A program made the position numbers and the translations under genes. From positions 2,086-17,209 of the forward strand of contig CAXTKV010000110.1 in NCBI GenBank assembly GCA_964244895.1: a DNA stretch of 15,124 nt, in the 5' to 3' direction. The notes below the pieces were generated by a model. The model saw only the letters and a list, made by a program, of their open reading frames with translations, was not told the origin of the DNA and did no database searches. Within the stretch, counting starts at the first letter, position 1. Every line of letters begins with the position of its first letter. This stretch comes from an uncultured Deinococcales bacterium. GTDB taxonomy: Bacteria > Deinococcota > Deinococci > Deinococcales > JAAFIG01. Of this stretch, positions 8,014 to 15,124 are shown piece by piece.

Positions 8014-8091
8014 GGTGGGTGTAGCTCAGTTGGTTAGAGCGCCGGTCTGTGGCACCGGAGGTCGAGGGTTCAAGACCCTTCACCCACCCCA
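8014..8091 (+). tRNA. tRNA-His(GTG)
   Basis: G-1, acceptor stem GTGGGTG/CACCCAC, C73, encoded CCA; anticodon arm CCGGT-CTGTGGC-ACCGG; T-loop TTCAAGA. Confidence 0.97.
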
Positions 8092-8227
8092 CTCAAGCAC
8101 GGTGATCTGCACGTCGAAACCTGGCGCGTATCGTTTGGCTCCTCTCGGTTCAGGCGGGTTTTTCGATCACGGTTCGGCCAAGATTTCAACACAGAAGGAT
8201 GTTCAGACGAACGACGGTTCAACGCGG

Positions 8228-8314
<87 letters not shown>

Positions 8315-8339
8315 TGAACCTGGCTGGTGGAGGATTCCT

Positions 8340-9563
8340 GTGGCAGAACTGCTCGAACGCAACGGCAACAAGGTCAAGTTCAAAGTCATCATTCCCGCCG
8401 ACGAGGTCAACCAGGCCTTCACCGGCGTGGTCAACGCGTTGGCGCAACAGGTTCGGATTGACGGCTTCCGGCCCGGCAAGGCTCCCAAGAGCGTGATCGA
8501 GAAGCGCGTCGGCAAGGACTACGTGGTGAGTGAGGTGCGCGAATTTCTGGTCGGTCAGGCGTACCCGAAAGCCGTCAAGGAACTCGAGTTGATCCCGGTT
8601 TCCGCCAACGTCACGCCCGGCGATCTGGCGGAAAACGCGCAGTTCGAGTTCACGGTGGATGCCGAGAACTACCCGGAAGTCACGCTGCCCGCCTGGGAAT
8701 CGTTCAGCATCGAGGCCAAACCGCTCGAGATCACCGATGAGAACGTTGATCAAGCCATTTCTGAACTGCGCGAACGCCAGGCGACCTACGATCCGGTCGA
8801 ACGCGAAGCGCAAGCCGAAGACCTGGTGACCGTGGAAATTTTGGAAGGCGAAGACGCCGGCCAGACGTACCCGATTTACCTCGAGCGCAGCGATGCGAAC
8901 GTGCGAAACGCTCTGCTGGGTCAGGTCGCGGAAGCCCAGGTGGAAGTTCCCATGTCCGGCGACGACACGGACGGGCAGACCCTGAAAGTCAAGATCGTGG
9001 ACATCAAGGCCAAGGTCGTGCCCGCCCTGGACGATGATTTCGCTAAAACCATGCAACTCGAGACGCTGGACGAACTGAAACTCAAGGTGCGCGAGGACCT
9101 TGAAGCGCGCGCCAAGCAGCAGACCGAAAACAACCGCAAGGACGAGTTCGTCGGCAAGCTGGCCGAAGGCATGAGCGCCGAAGTGCCGCAAGCATTGATC
9201 GATCGTCGCCGCGAAGCCCTAGAAGCCGACCTGGGGCGCGACCTGGAACGCCAGGGCGTGACCCTGGAAAGCTACAAGGAATACCTGAAAACCGAAAATA
9301 AGCTCGAGGAATTCGACAAGGATCTGGACAAATCAGCCGTGGACGCCGTGCGCCGCGACTTGGCGCTCGAGCAACTGACCGAGCAGCAGGGCACGCAACT
9401 GACGGATGACGAATGGCGGGCTGCGCTCGAGAATTATGCCCGCACCAACCGCGTCAGCATCGCCCGCCTGCGCGAACTGATGGGCGAGGAAGGGCTCTCG
9501 AACTTCAAGGTCGTCGTGACGCGCGACAAAGCGCTCGATGCCGTCCTCAGCAAGCTTTCTTGA
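8340..9563 (+). CDS. tig: Trigger factor
   Basis: GFRPGKAP ribosome-binding signature and LDDDFAK; GTG start 8340 with GGAGGA SD (8329-8334); typical position after tRNA-Leu. Confidence 0.95.
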   Translation: MAELLERNGNKVKFKVIIPADEVNQAFTGVVNALAQQVRIDGFRPGKAPKSVIEKRVGKDYVVSEVREFLVGQAYPKAVKELELIPVSANVTPGDLAENAQFEFTVDAENYPEVTLPAWESFSIEAKPLEITDENVDQAISELRERQATYDPVEREAQAEDLVTVEILEGEDAGQTYPIYLERSDANVRNALLGQVAEAQVEVPMSGDDTDGQTLKVKIVDIKAKVVPALDDDFAKTMQLETLDELKLKVREDLEARAKQQTENNRKDEFVGKLAEGMSAEVPQALIDRRREALEADLGRDLERQGVTLESYKEYLKTENKLEEFDKDLDKSAVDAVRRDLALEQLTEQQGTQLTDDEWRAALENYARTNRVSIARLRELMGEEGLSNFKVVVTRDKALDAVLSKLS

Positions 9564-9578
9564 AATTTGAACGCTCGC

Positions 9579-9607
9579 AAAATCCCCCGAAGATGGGGGA
9601 TTTTTTT
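9579..9607 (+). terminator. Intrinsic terminator of tig
   Basis: AAAATCCCCC-GAAGAT-GGGGGATTTT followed by TTT. Confidence 0.92.
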
Positions 9608-9767
9608 GATACTGATGCTCAATTCTTGCGATCAGCTCGGGATAAACCTTCGTCGTCACAGTTTCTTTTGCAAGGTTCTGTAGACTGATGCGAAGCGCAC
9701 AACACAAAAGCGCGCAGGCTGAGGACAGGCGGTTGATCTGCTCGCTCGACCCCGGAAAGGATCACCG

Positions 9768-10064
9768 ATGAGTCACCGCGTTCCAGTGGAACCCACCGAT
9801 GTGCTCGAGCAAACCCTGTCATCGCTCGAATTGAGCGAGGCGCTCGTGTTGCGCCTCAGAACCGGGCTGGTGGACGGCAGGCGGCACACGCTGCGCGAGG
9901 TCGGCGAATTCCTGGGCACGACCCGCAGCGAAGCCCGCACGCTGGAATGGAGCGGCTGGCGCAAGCTGGCGCGCTTGGCGAGCAGCAGCAACGCTTCGCG
10001 CGAGGCCGTGCAACTGCTCTTGCGCCGTTGCACGCGACCCGTGCTGGTTCGACCGCTCAACTGA
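9768..10064 (+). CDS. Stand-alone sigma70 region-4 (HTH) domain protein, 98 aa
   Basis: LVLRLRTGLVDGRRHTLREVGEFLGTTRSEARTLE...RKL matches the primary-sigma region 4 pattern (VLKLRKGLIDGREHTLEEVG...TRERIRQIE...RKL); AAAGGA SD; own terminator. Confidence 0.8.
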   Translation: MSHRVPVEPTDVLEQTLSSLELSEALVLRLRTGLVDGRRHTLREVGEFLGTTRSEARTLEWSGWRKLARLASSSNASREAVQLLLRRCTRPVLVRPLN

Positions 10065-10078
10065 ATTGTGCAACGTTG

Positions 10079-10104
10079 AACCGACGCCTCGAGCGTCGGT
10101 TTTT
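10079..10104 (+). terminator. Intrinsic terminator (CTCGAG spans the loop)
   Basis: AACCGACGC-CTCGA-GCGTCGGTT followed by TTT. Confidence 0.8.
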
Positions 10105-10131
10105 GGTGCGACAATATTGATCGGGCAAAAA

Positions 10132-10179
10132 ACGCGTTCTGGACGGTGTGTGTCCCAAGAAACGCCGCCTGGGACGCGT
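10132..10179. repeat. Intergenic palindromic repeat, locus 6 (arms in opposite order)
   Basis: ACGCGTTCTGGACGGTGT (10132-10149) then ACGCCGCCTGGGACGCGT (10162-10179). Confidence 0.8.
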
Positions 10180-10184
10180 CTTTC

Positions 10185-11027
10185 TTAGATCGGCTCGAGC
10201 TCAAAACCGCCGCGTTCGCGAAGTTTGAATGTGCCCCACGAATACCGCGGATCGTGCGGCGTGGCGATCACGAAACCGCGCTCGAACCACTCCGGGAACA
10301 GGCGCTTGCGAACCTCCAGGGTGGTCACCGGGTACAGGTCGAAACCCATGATGTACGGGAAGGGCGCGTGATCGAAGGTCGGCAGCAAATCCGCCGTGTA
10401 GACCAACCCGGCGCCCTCGGACTCCAGGATCACCGCTTGCTGACCCAGGTTGTGACCCGGCGCGGGCACGACGCGCAGACCGGGCAAGATTTCCGTCTCG
10501 CCCTCGAGCGCGTCGAACAACCCGGCCTCGAGAACGGGTGCGATGTTGTGCGCGATGTAGCTGGCGCGGTTGCGCTCGTGGGTGTGCGTGGCGTCGTGCA
10601 GTTCCTGCGCCTGCACCACGTAGCGCGCGTTCGCGAAGGTCGGCCTGAGATCCATGGTCGTGTTGCGGCCCGCGTGATCGAAATGCAGGTGCGTGTTGAT
10701 CACGATGTCAACATCTGAGGGCTCGAGCCCCAACGACCGCAGACCGCCGAAGACGGTTTCGTCCCGATCCACGGCGAATTGCTGCTCGAATTTCTCGCCG
10801 GATTTGTCGTCCATGCCGGTTTCGATCAGGATGTTCTTGCCGTCCAGTTGAATCAGCATCGGGTTGATCCGCAGCGCGATCCGGTTCGACGCGTCCGGCG
10901 CGTTCAGTTTTTCCCAGAGCACCCTGGGAACCGTGCCGAACATGCTGCCGCCGTCCAGCCGGAACGTGCCATCGGTCAGCGAGTACGCGTCGGCTCGGCC
11001 AATTTTGAGGTGTTTGATCCAGGTCAT
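10185..11027 (-). CDS. Metallo-beta-lactamase-fold hydrolase (YtnP-like)
   Basis: DGTFRLDGGSMFGTVP, NTHLHFDHAG (HxHxDH), PGHN, ADLLPT, MGFDLYP, HDP. Confidence 0.92.
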   Translation of the reverse strand: MTWIKHLKIGRADAYSLTDGTFRLDGGSMFGTVPRVLWEKLNAPDASNRIALRINPMLIQLDGKNILIETGMDDKSGEKFEQQFAVDRDETVFGGLRSLGLEPSDVDIVINTHLHFDHAGRNTTMDLRPTFANARYVVQAQELHDATHTHERNRASYIAHNIAPVLEAGLFDALEGETEILPGLRVVPAPGHNLGQQAVILESEGAGLVYTADLLPTFDHAPFPYIMGFDLYPVTTLEVRKRLFPEWFERGFVIATPHDPRYSWGTFKLRERGGFELEPI

Positions 11028-11033
11028 GCGAGG

Positions 11034-11042
11034 AGTCTACCA
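11034..11042 (-). promoter_or_regulatory. Extended -10, leaderless promoter of the MBL hydrolase
   Basis: TG-G-TAGACT-N6-ATG(11027). Confidence 0.65.
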
Positions 11043-11159
11043 ACGCGCTGCGCGGTTCTCGAGCGAGTCTCGAGACGTTCCGCGTCGATCCAGAGCCGAG
11101 TTTTGTTTCTCGAGATCGGAGTCGTTCCAGGCTCGTCTCGGGTACGGATGAAACCTCGA

Positions 11160-11207
11160 GAATACCGTCCAGCACGCATATCTTATTTCGCGTGCTGTGC
11201 GGCGCTC
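11160..11207. repeat. Intergenic palindromic repeat, locus 7
   Basis: GAATACCGTCCAGCACGC (11160-11177, sharing its first G with CTCGAG 11155-11160) and degenerate GCGTGCTGTGCGGCGCTC (11190-11207). Confidence 0.85.
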
Positions 11208-11216
11208 GTGTGCAGC

Positions 11217-11222
11217 TAGACT
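11217..11222 (+). promoter_or_regulatory. -10 element, leaderless promoter of the P-loop kinase
   Basis: TAGACT-N6-ATG(11229). Confidence 0.55.
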
Positions 11223-11228
11223 CGAGGC

Positions 11229-11777
11229 ATGAGATTGTTTTTCCTCTACGGCCCGCCCGCAGCCGGGAAACTGACGGTGGCTCGGGCGCTGGCGTCACTC
11301 ACGGGCGCGGCAGTCTTTCACAACCACGTCTCGCTCGACTACGCGCTGCAACTTTTTAACCGGGACGCGCCGGAATTCGGGGCTTTCGTCGAGAAATTGC
11401 GCCTGGAAACTTTCGCGTTCTGCGCCAGCCACGACCGCGATCTGATTTTCACCTTCGTCTACGCCCACAAGACCGACGAGGCCATCGTGCGCCGCACGGT
11501 CGCCGCGGTCAGTGCCTTCGAGGGTGCAGAAATCGTGTTCGTCCACCTGACCTGCGACCCGGAAGAATTGCTGCGCCGCGTCTCATTGCCGTCTCGGGGA
11601 GAACACCAGAAAATCTCCGATCCAGCCGTACTCGAGGACTTGTTCAAACGTTTTGACCTGTTCTTGAGCATCCCGTTCGTGGACAGTTTGAGCTTCGATA
11701 CGACCCGCACGCCACCCCAAGAGATCGCGCTCGAGATTCTTCGGGCAATCACAGAAGACCGTCCAGCACGCGAATAA
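11229..11777 (+). CDS. P-loop NTPase / shikimate-kinase-like AAA-family protein
   Basis: FLYGPPAAGKLTVA Walker A; FHNH; LIFTFVY; lid motif ELLRRVSLPSR. Confidence 0.85.
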   Translation: MRLFFLYGPPAAGKLTVARALASLTGAAVFHNHVSLDYALQLFNRDAPEFGAFVEKLRLETFAFCASHDRDLIFTFVYAHKTDEAIVRRTVAAVSAFEGAEIVFVHLTCDPEELLRRVSLPSRGEHQKISDPAVLEDLFKRFDLFLSIPFVDSLSFDTTRTPPQEIALEILRAITEDRPARE

Positions 11778-11801
11778 AGAACATCCTCCGGGACGGTGTT
11801 C
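11754..11801. repeat. Palindromic repeat, locus 8 (overlaps the CDS end)
   Basis: GAAGACCGTCCAGCACGCGA (11754-11773) and compact form GAACATCCTCCGGGACGGTGTTC (11779-11801). Confidence 0.85.
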
Positions 11802-11913
11802 CGGCGCACGTAGTCCGGGTGACGTTCAAACTGGGAAACTTCCACGACAATGCGCCTGAGAACGCTGTCCTCGAGCCACCACATTCAAGCTCGAGGCCAC
11901 GAAAGGATCAACC

Positions 11914-12579
11914 ATGAGCCTACGCGAACGGATGTATGAGCTTCGCACGCCCGAAGAAGTGGACGCTTTCGTCACCGAAAACCCGACCGCCGCGATCTTC
12001 AAGGCCGGAACCTGCCACAAAACCATGCAGGGCTGGGGCAACGTCGAAAAGCTCCTGCGCGACCGCGACGATGTCAGCGTCGGCATCATTCGCGTCGTCG
12101 AGGCCCGCCCCGCCAGCAACCGCGTGGCCGAACGCACCGGCATCACGCACCAGAGCCCGCAACTGATCCTGTTCCGCGATGGTCAACCGAAGTTCGACCT
12201 GGACAACTGGGACATCACGCCCGAGAACCTCGAGCCGAAGTTCGGCGCGTACCTGCCGGACGCGACCACCGGCGAAACGCCGAAGGCCGGAGCGAAATCC
12301 AACCTCGAGCCGTACAAGCGCCTGCTGGACGCGTACATTGCGGGTCAGATCGGCGAGCAGCAATTCCAGGCGTACTACCTGGAAACCTTCCGCAACGACG
12401 CGAACCTTCGCGCCCAGGAAGAATTCGACGTGCTCAACAGTCTCTTCGGCAACCCCGACGAGCACCACATCCACGCCGGAGCGATCATGCAACTCGAGGC
12501 GGTGGCCGTGCGGGCGGGCAGCGTCGCGCCGTTGGTGGACCGCGCCAGAGCCCTGCGCGAGCAGTTGAACGCGCTCTGA
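11914..12579 (+). CDS. abxC: Monothiol bacilliredoxin BrxC (YtxJ) domain fused to a colicin-immunity-like helical domain (Deinococcus AbxC type)
   Basis: FKAGTCHKT monothiol motif and RPASNRVAERTGITHQSPQLILF; C-terminal EPYKRLLDAYIAGQI...FRNDANLR...LFGNPD; AAAGGA SD. Confidence 0.85.
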   Translation: MSLRERMYELRTPEEVDAFVTENPTAAIFKAGTCHKTMQGWGNVEKLLRDRDDVSVGIIRVVEARPASNRVAERTGITHQSPQLILFRDGQPKFDLDNWDITPENLEPKFGAYLPDATTGETPKAGAKSNLEPYKRLLDAYIAGQIGEQQFQAYYLETFRNDANLRAQEEFDVLNSLFGNPDEHHIHAGAIMQLEAVAVRAGSVAPLVDRARALREQLNAL

Positions 12580-12601
12580 GTTGAACCCCAGATTGGAACC
12601 G

Positions 12602-12630
12602 ACCGGGAAGCCGTGTGGCTTCCCGGTTTC
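12602..12630 (+). terminator. Intrinsic terminator
   Basis: ACCGGGAAGCC-GTGT-GGCTTCCCGGT followed by TTC. Confidence 0.75.
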
Positions 12631-12642
12631 TGTATCCCTTCA

Positions 12643-12707
12643 GAACACCGTGCTGGACGGTGTTCCTGCGATACTCGAGAATGCCGTCTGGAACGGTGTT
12701 TCTCGAG
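12643..12707. repeat. Intergenic palindromic repeat, locus 9 (two compact 23-mers)
   Basis: GAACACCGT-GCTGG-ACGGTGTTC (12643-12665); GAATGCCGT-CTGGA-ACGGTGTTT (12679-12701), bracketed by CTCGAG at 12674 and 12702. Confidence 0.9.
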
Positions 12708-12739
12708 GGTATGACTGTTGGGATCGCTGAAGCGCTCGT

Positions 12740-12765
12740 GCAGGGGCGAACGGTCTGTTTGTCCT
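12740..12765 (+). repeat. Decayed GTAG-type REP
   Basis: GCAGGGGCGAAC-GGTCT-GTTTGTCCT; 9-bp stem with three G-T pairs, tag reads GCAG. Confidence 0.4.
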
Positions 12766-12844
12766 CGGGCGGCAACGATGCCTCGAGATCAAGCCTTCAG
12801 CGAGAGAAATCCCGAGAAGATTGAACTAGGCTCGAGCGTGCGCG

Positions 12845-13504
12845 TCACTCGAGGCCGTCCACGTCGGTCAGGAACGCCCCCAGCAAATACTTTCGCGGAC
12901 CGCGCTTCTTCAAATATCTGGCCAGAACATCGTCCAGTTCGCGCTGCAAGGCTTTGGCATCCTCGATGCCCAAATAGACCGCGTGCCAGCCGGAAACCAC
13001 TGCCGGGCCTTCCGCCATCAAATCCGCCCAGGCGCGCCCGGAAGCGGACGCGATCTCGAGGTAGACGCTGCCGTTGGGTGCAATTGCGGTCACCACGCCC
13101 CAGTCCTGCTCGACGAAACGTTCCTCGCGGTACAACCGATCCAGGCCGCGCCTGAACAGCGCCTGATGGAGCGCCCAGTTCTGCCCGCTGATGCGTTCGG
13201 GCGGGTGCGTCCGGAACGGAATGAAGAACGCATCGGCCACCGTGCGGTAATGCCGGATTGCACGTCCCGCTCGCGCTTCAGTGCGCGTGATCTCGATCAG
13301 GTTCAGACCCTCGAAGCGTTTGACGATCTTGTAGAGCGCACTGACGGTCATCTCGAGGCTGGTCGCGGCCTGATTGATGGTGTTTTCCTGGCCCGTGAAT
13401 TCCGCCAGGATGCGCAACAGTGCGCGATCCGTCAGCAATTCGCACGCCTGCGCATCTTCGATGCGATACCAGTTTTGAGTCGTCCGGGAGCCTGGTTCCT
13501 TCAT
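12845..13504 (-). CDS. Winged helix-turn-helix (ArsR-like) protein
   Basis: TINQAATSLEMTVSALYKIVKRFEGLNLIEI...GRAIRHYRT HTH plus wing; C-terminal LGIEDAKALQRELDDVLARY helix; divergent from the GNAT gene. Confidence 0.8.
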   Translation of the reverse strand: MKEPGSRTTQNWYRIEDAQACELLTDRALLRILAEFTGQENTINQAATSLEMTVSALYKIVKRFEGLNLIEITRTEARAGRAIRHYRTVADAFFIPFRTHPPERISGQNWALHQALFRRGLDRLYREERFVEQDWGVVTAIAPNGSVYLEIASASGRAWADLMAEGPAVVSGWHAVYLGIEDAKALQRELDDVLARYLKKRGPRKYLLGAFLTDVDGLE

Positions 13505-13556
13505 GGGCTATCTCTGGAAGTAGATCCTAGCTCAGACTGTCCCCGGAGAACCAGAC

Positions 13557-14072
13557 ATGACGGAGATTATACGAATCACGAACCGCACCCGAGAACAACA
13601 CATTCGGGAACTCGAAACCGAATACTTCAGCTGGGTCGACGCTCAACTTCAGGCCGAATTTCAGATCGCGCTCGACACGCCAAAAATGATCGCCAACGAT
13701 CTCGAGCACCTGGAAATGTACCTCCCACCGACCGGAGGGCTGTTCCTGGCCGAACTGGATCGAACGCCGGTCGGCATGATCTTTTTGACCCAACTGCGTC
13801 ACGGCGTCGGACAGATCAGGCGGATGTACGTTCGGGATGCGTACCGCCGTCGCGGAATCGCGAGAGCCCTGTTCGAGGCCGCCATCCAACAGGCGCGCCA
13901 GATCGGGTACGTTCAGTTGCTCCTGGAAAGCCCGATGTCCTGGCGCGACGCGCACGCCCTGTACCAATCGCTCGGCTTTGAAGCTGTAGCGATGTACCCC
14001 GAAAGCGAAGTCCCACAGCACCTGCGAAAATACTGGGTTTTCATGCAATTGACGCTTCGAGACACGGACTGA
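13557..14072 (+). CDS. GNAT-family N-acetyltransferase
   Basis: IRRMYVRDAYRRRGIARALF motif A and AHALYQSLGF motif B; GGAG SD. Confidence 0.9.
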   Translation: MTEIIRITNRTREQHIRELETEYFSWVDAQLQAEFQIALDTPKMIANDLEHLEMYLPPTGGLFLAELDRTPVGMIFLTQLRHGVGQIRRMYVRDAYRRRGIARALFEAAIQQARQIGYVQLLLESPMSWRDAHALYQSLGFEAVAMYPESEVPQHLRKYWVFMQLTLRDTD

Positions 14073-14129
14073 AACTGGCCCGAACGCGTATGATTTCCAG
14101 ATTCCATCAGGCTCGAGACGGAGGACTCC

Positions 14130-15092
14130 ATGACCCAGACGACCGAAGCACCCAAACCCAAAGCCGGAGGAGACGCCGGAATCCAGGCCGGAATGATCTG
14201 GATGAACGGCCAGGTCGTCCCCCAGGAACGCGCCGTGGTCAGCGTCCTGACGCACGCCCTGCACTACGGCACCAGCGTCTTCGAGGGCGTGCGCGCCTAC
14301 GAAACCCCGCGCGGCGCGGCCATCTTCCGATTGGCGGACCACACCAAACGCCTCTTCGACAGCGCCCACGTCATGCGCATGCCGATTCCGTTCAGCCAAG
14401 AAGAAATCAGCCAGGCGCAACTCGAGGTCGTGCGCGTCAACGCGTACAAATCCTGCTACATCCGACCCCTGGTGTGGCGCGGCGGTCAGACCCTCGGCGT
14501 CAACCCGATGCCCTGCCCCGTCGAGGTCATGGTCGCAGGCTGGCACTGGGGCGCGTACCTCGGCGAGGACGCCATCCAGAAGGGCGCACGATTGATGACG
14601 ACCGCCTGGACGCGCCTTCCGGCGGGTGCCATGCCCGGCAAGGCCAAAGCGGGCGGCAACTACGTCAACAGCGCCCTGGCGCGCATGGACGCCGTCAGCT
14701 CCGGCTTCGACGAAGGCCTGCTATTGGACCAGAACGGCTTCATCGCCGAAGGCACCGGCGAGAACTTCTTTTTCATCAACAAAGGTGTCGTGTACGCCAT
14801 CAGCCGCAGCGTCAACCTGACCGGCATCACCCGCGACAGCGTCATCCAGATCTGCCGCGACATGGGACTCGAAGTCGTCGAAACCATGGCCACCCGCGAG
14901 GAACTCTACTGCGCCGACGAGGTCTTCATGACCGGAACCGCCGCCGAAGTCACGCCCGTCAGCGAGATCGATTACCGCAAGATCGGAACGGGCGTGTCCG
15001 GCAAGCTGGCCCTCGAGATCAGGAAGCGTTACCTGGAAGCCTGCACCGGGCAGTTACCGCAGTACGATTCCTGGCTGAGTTACGCGGATTGA
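14130..15092 (+). CDS. ilvE: Branched-chain amino acid aminotransferase
   Basis: HALHYGTSVFEGVRAY, YIRP, KAKAGGNYVNS (PLP lysine), EGTGENFF, GITRDSV, ADEVFMTGTAAEVTP; GGAGGA SD. Confidence 0.96.
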   Translation: MTQTTEAPKPKAGGDAGIQAGMIWMNGQVVPQERAVVSVLTHALHYGTSVFEGVRAYETPRGAAIFRLADHTKRLFDSAHVMRMPIPFSQEEISQAQLEVVRVNAYKSCYIRPLVWRGGQTLGVNPMPCPVEVMVAGWHWGAYLGEDAIQKGARLMTTAWTRLPAGAMPGKAKAGGNYVNSALARMDAVSSGFDEGLLLDQNGFIAEGTGENFFFINKGVVYAISRSVNLTGITRDSVIQICRDMGLEVVETMATREELYCADEVFMTGTAAEVTPVSEIDYRKIGTGVSGKLALEIRKRYLEACTGQLPQYDSWLSYAD

Positions 15093-15099
15093 GACTTAA

Positions 15100-15116
15100 G
15101 AACACCGTCCCAGACG
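15100..15116 (+). repeat. Intergenic palindromic repeat, locus 10 (partner arm probably beyond the window)
   Basis: GAACACCGTCCCAGACG, starting 8 nt after the ilvE stop. Confidence 0.8.
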
Positions 15117-15124
15117 AGGTTTAA

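Noticed and set aside
8092..8227. Inter-tRNA spacer as a separate ncRNA or integration scar
   Set aside because: Only an imperfect hairpin (about 8102-8170); no duplicated tRNA 3' end and no integrase in the window.

Overview
GC-rich (about 63%, estimated by eye) bacterial chromosomal segment, very likely Deinococcota/Deinococcales. The assignment rests on an AbxC-type bacilliredoxin, a Deinococcus-Thermus-type trigger factor and SigA-like region 4, and several apparently leaderless genes. Gene order: hypothetical(+), LMW phosphatase(-), threonine ammonia-lyase(-), BadF/BadG sugar kinase-murQ(+), S8 lipoprotein protease(-), cold-shock protein(+), membrane protein(-), tRNA-His, tRNA-Leu, tig(+), stand-alone sigma70 region-4 protein(+), MBL hydrolase(-), P-loop kinase(+), abxC/brxC(+), wHTH protein(-), GNAT(+), ilvE(+). 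The genes are mostly ordinary; the non-coding layer is not. (1) A non-GTAG palindromic repeat (arm GAACACCGTCCAG[C/G]ACG) occupies 10 of 16 intergenic spacers, usually as inverted doublets. (2) CTCGAG occurs about 66 times by manual count against about 5 expected, HIP-like, and is physically tied to that repeat. (3) A 139-bp MITE-like element with an ATT target duplication carries a GTAG-type REP. (4) An independently translated sigma-4-only protein has an altered -35 recognition helix. All homology calls are from recognition of motifs; no database search was run.
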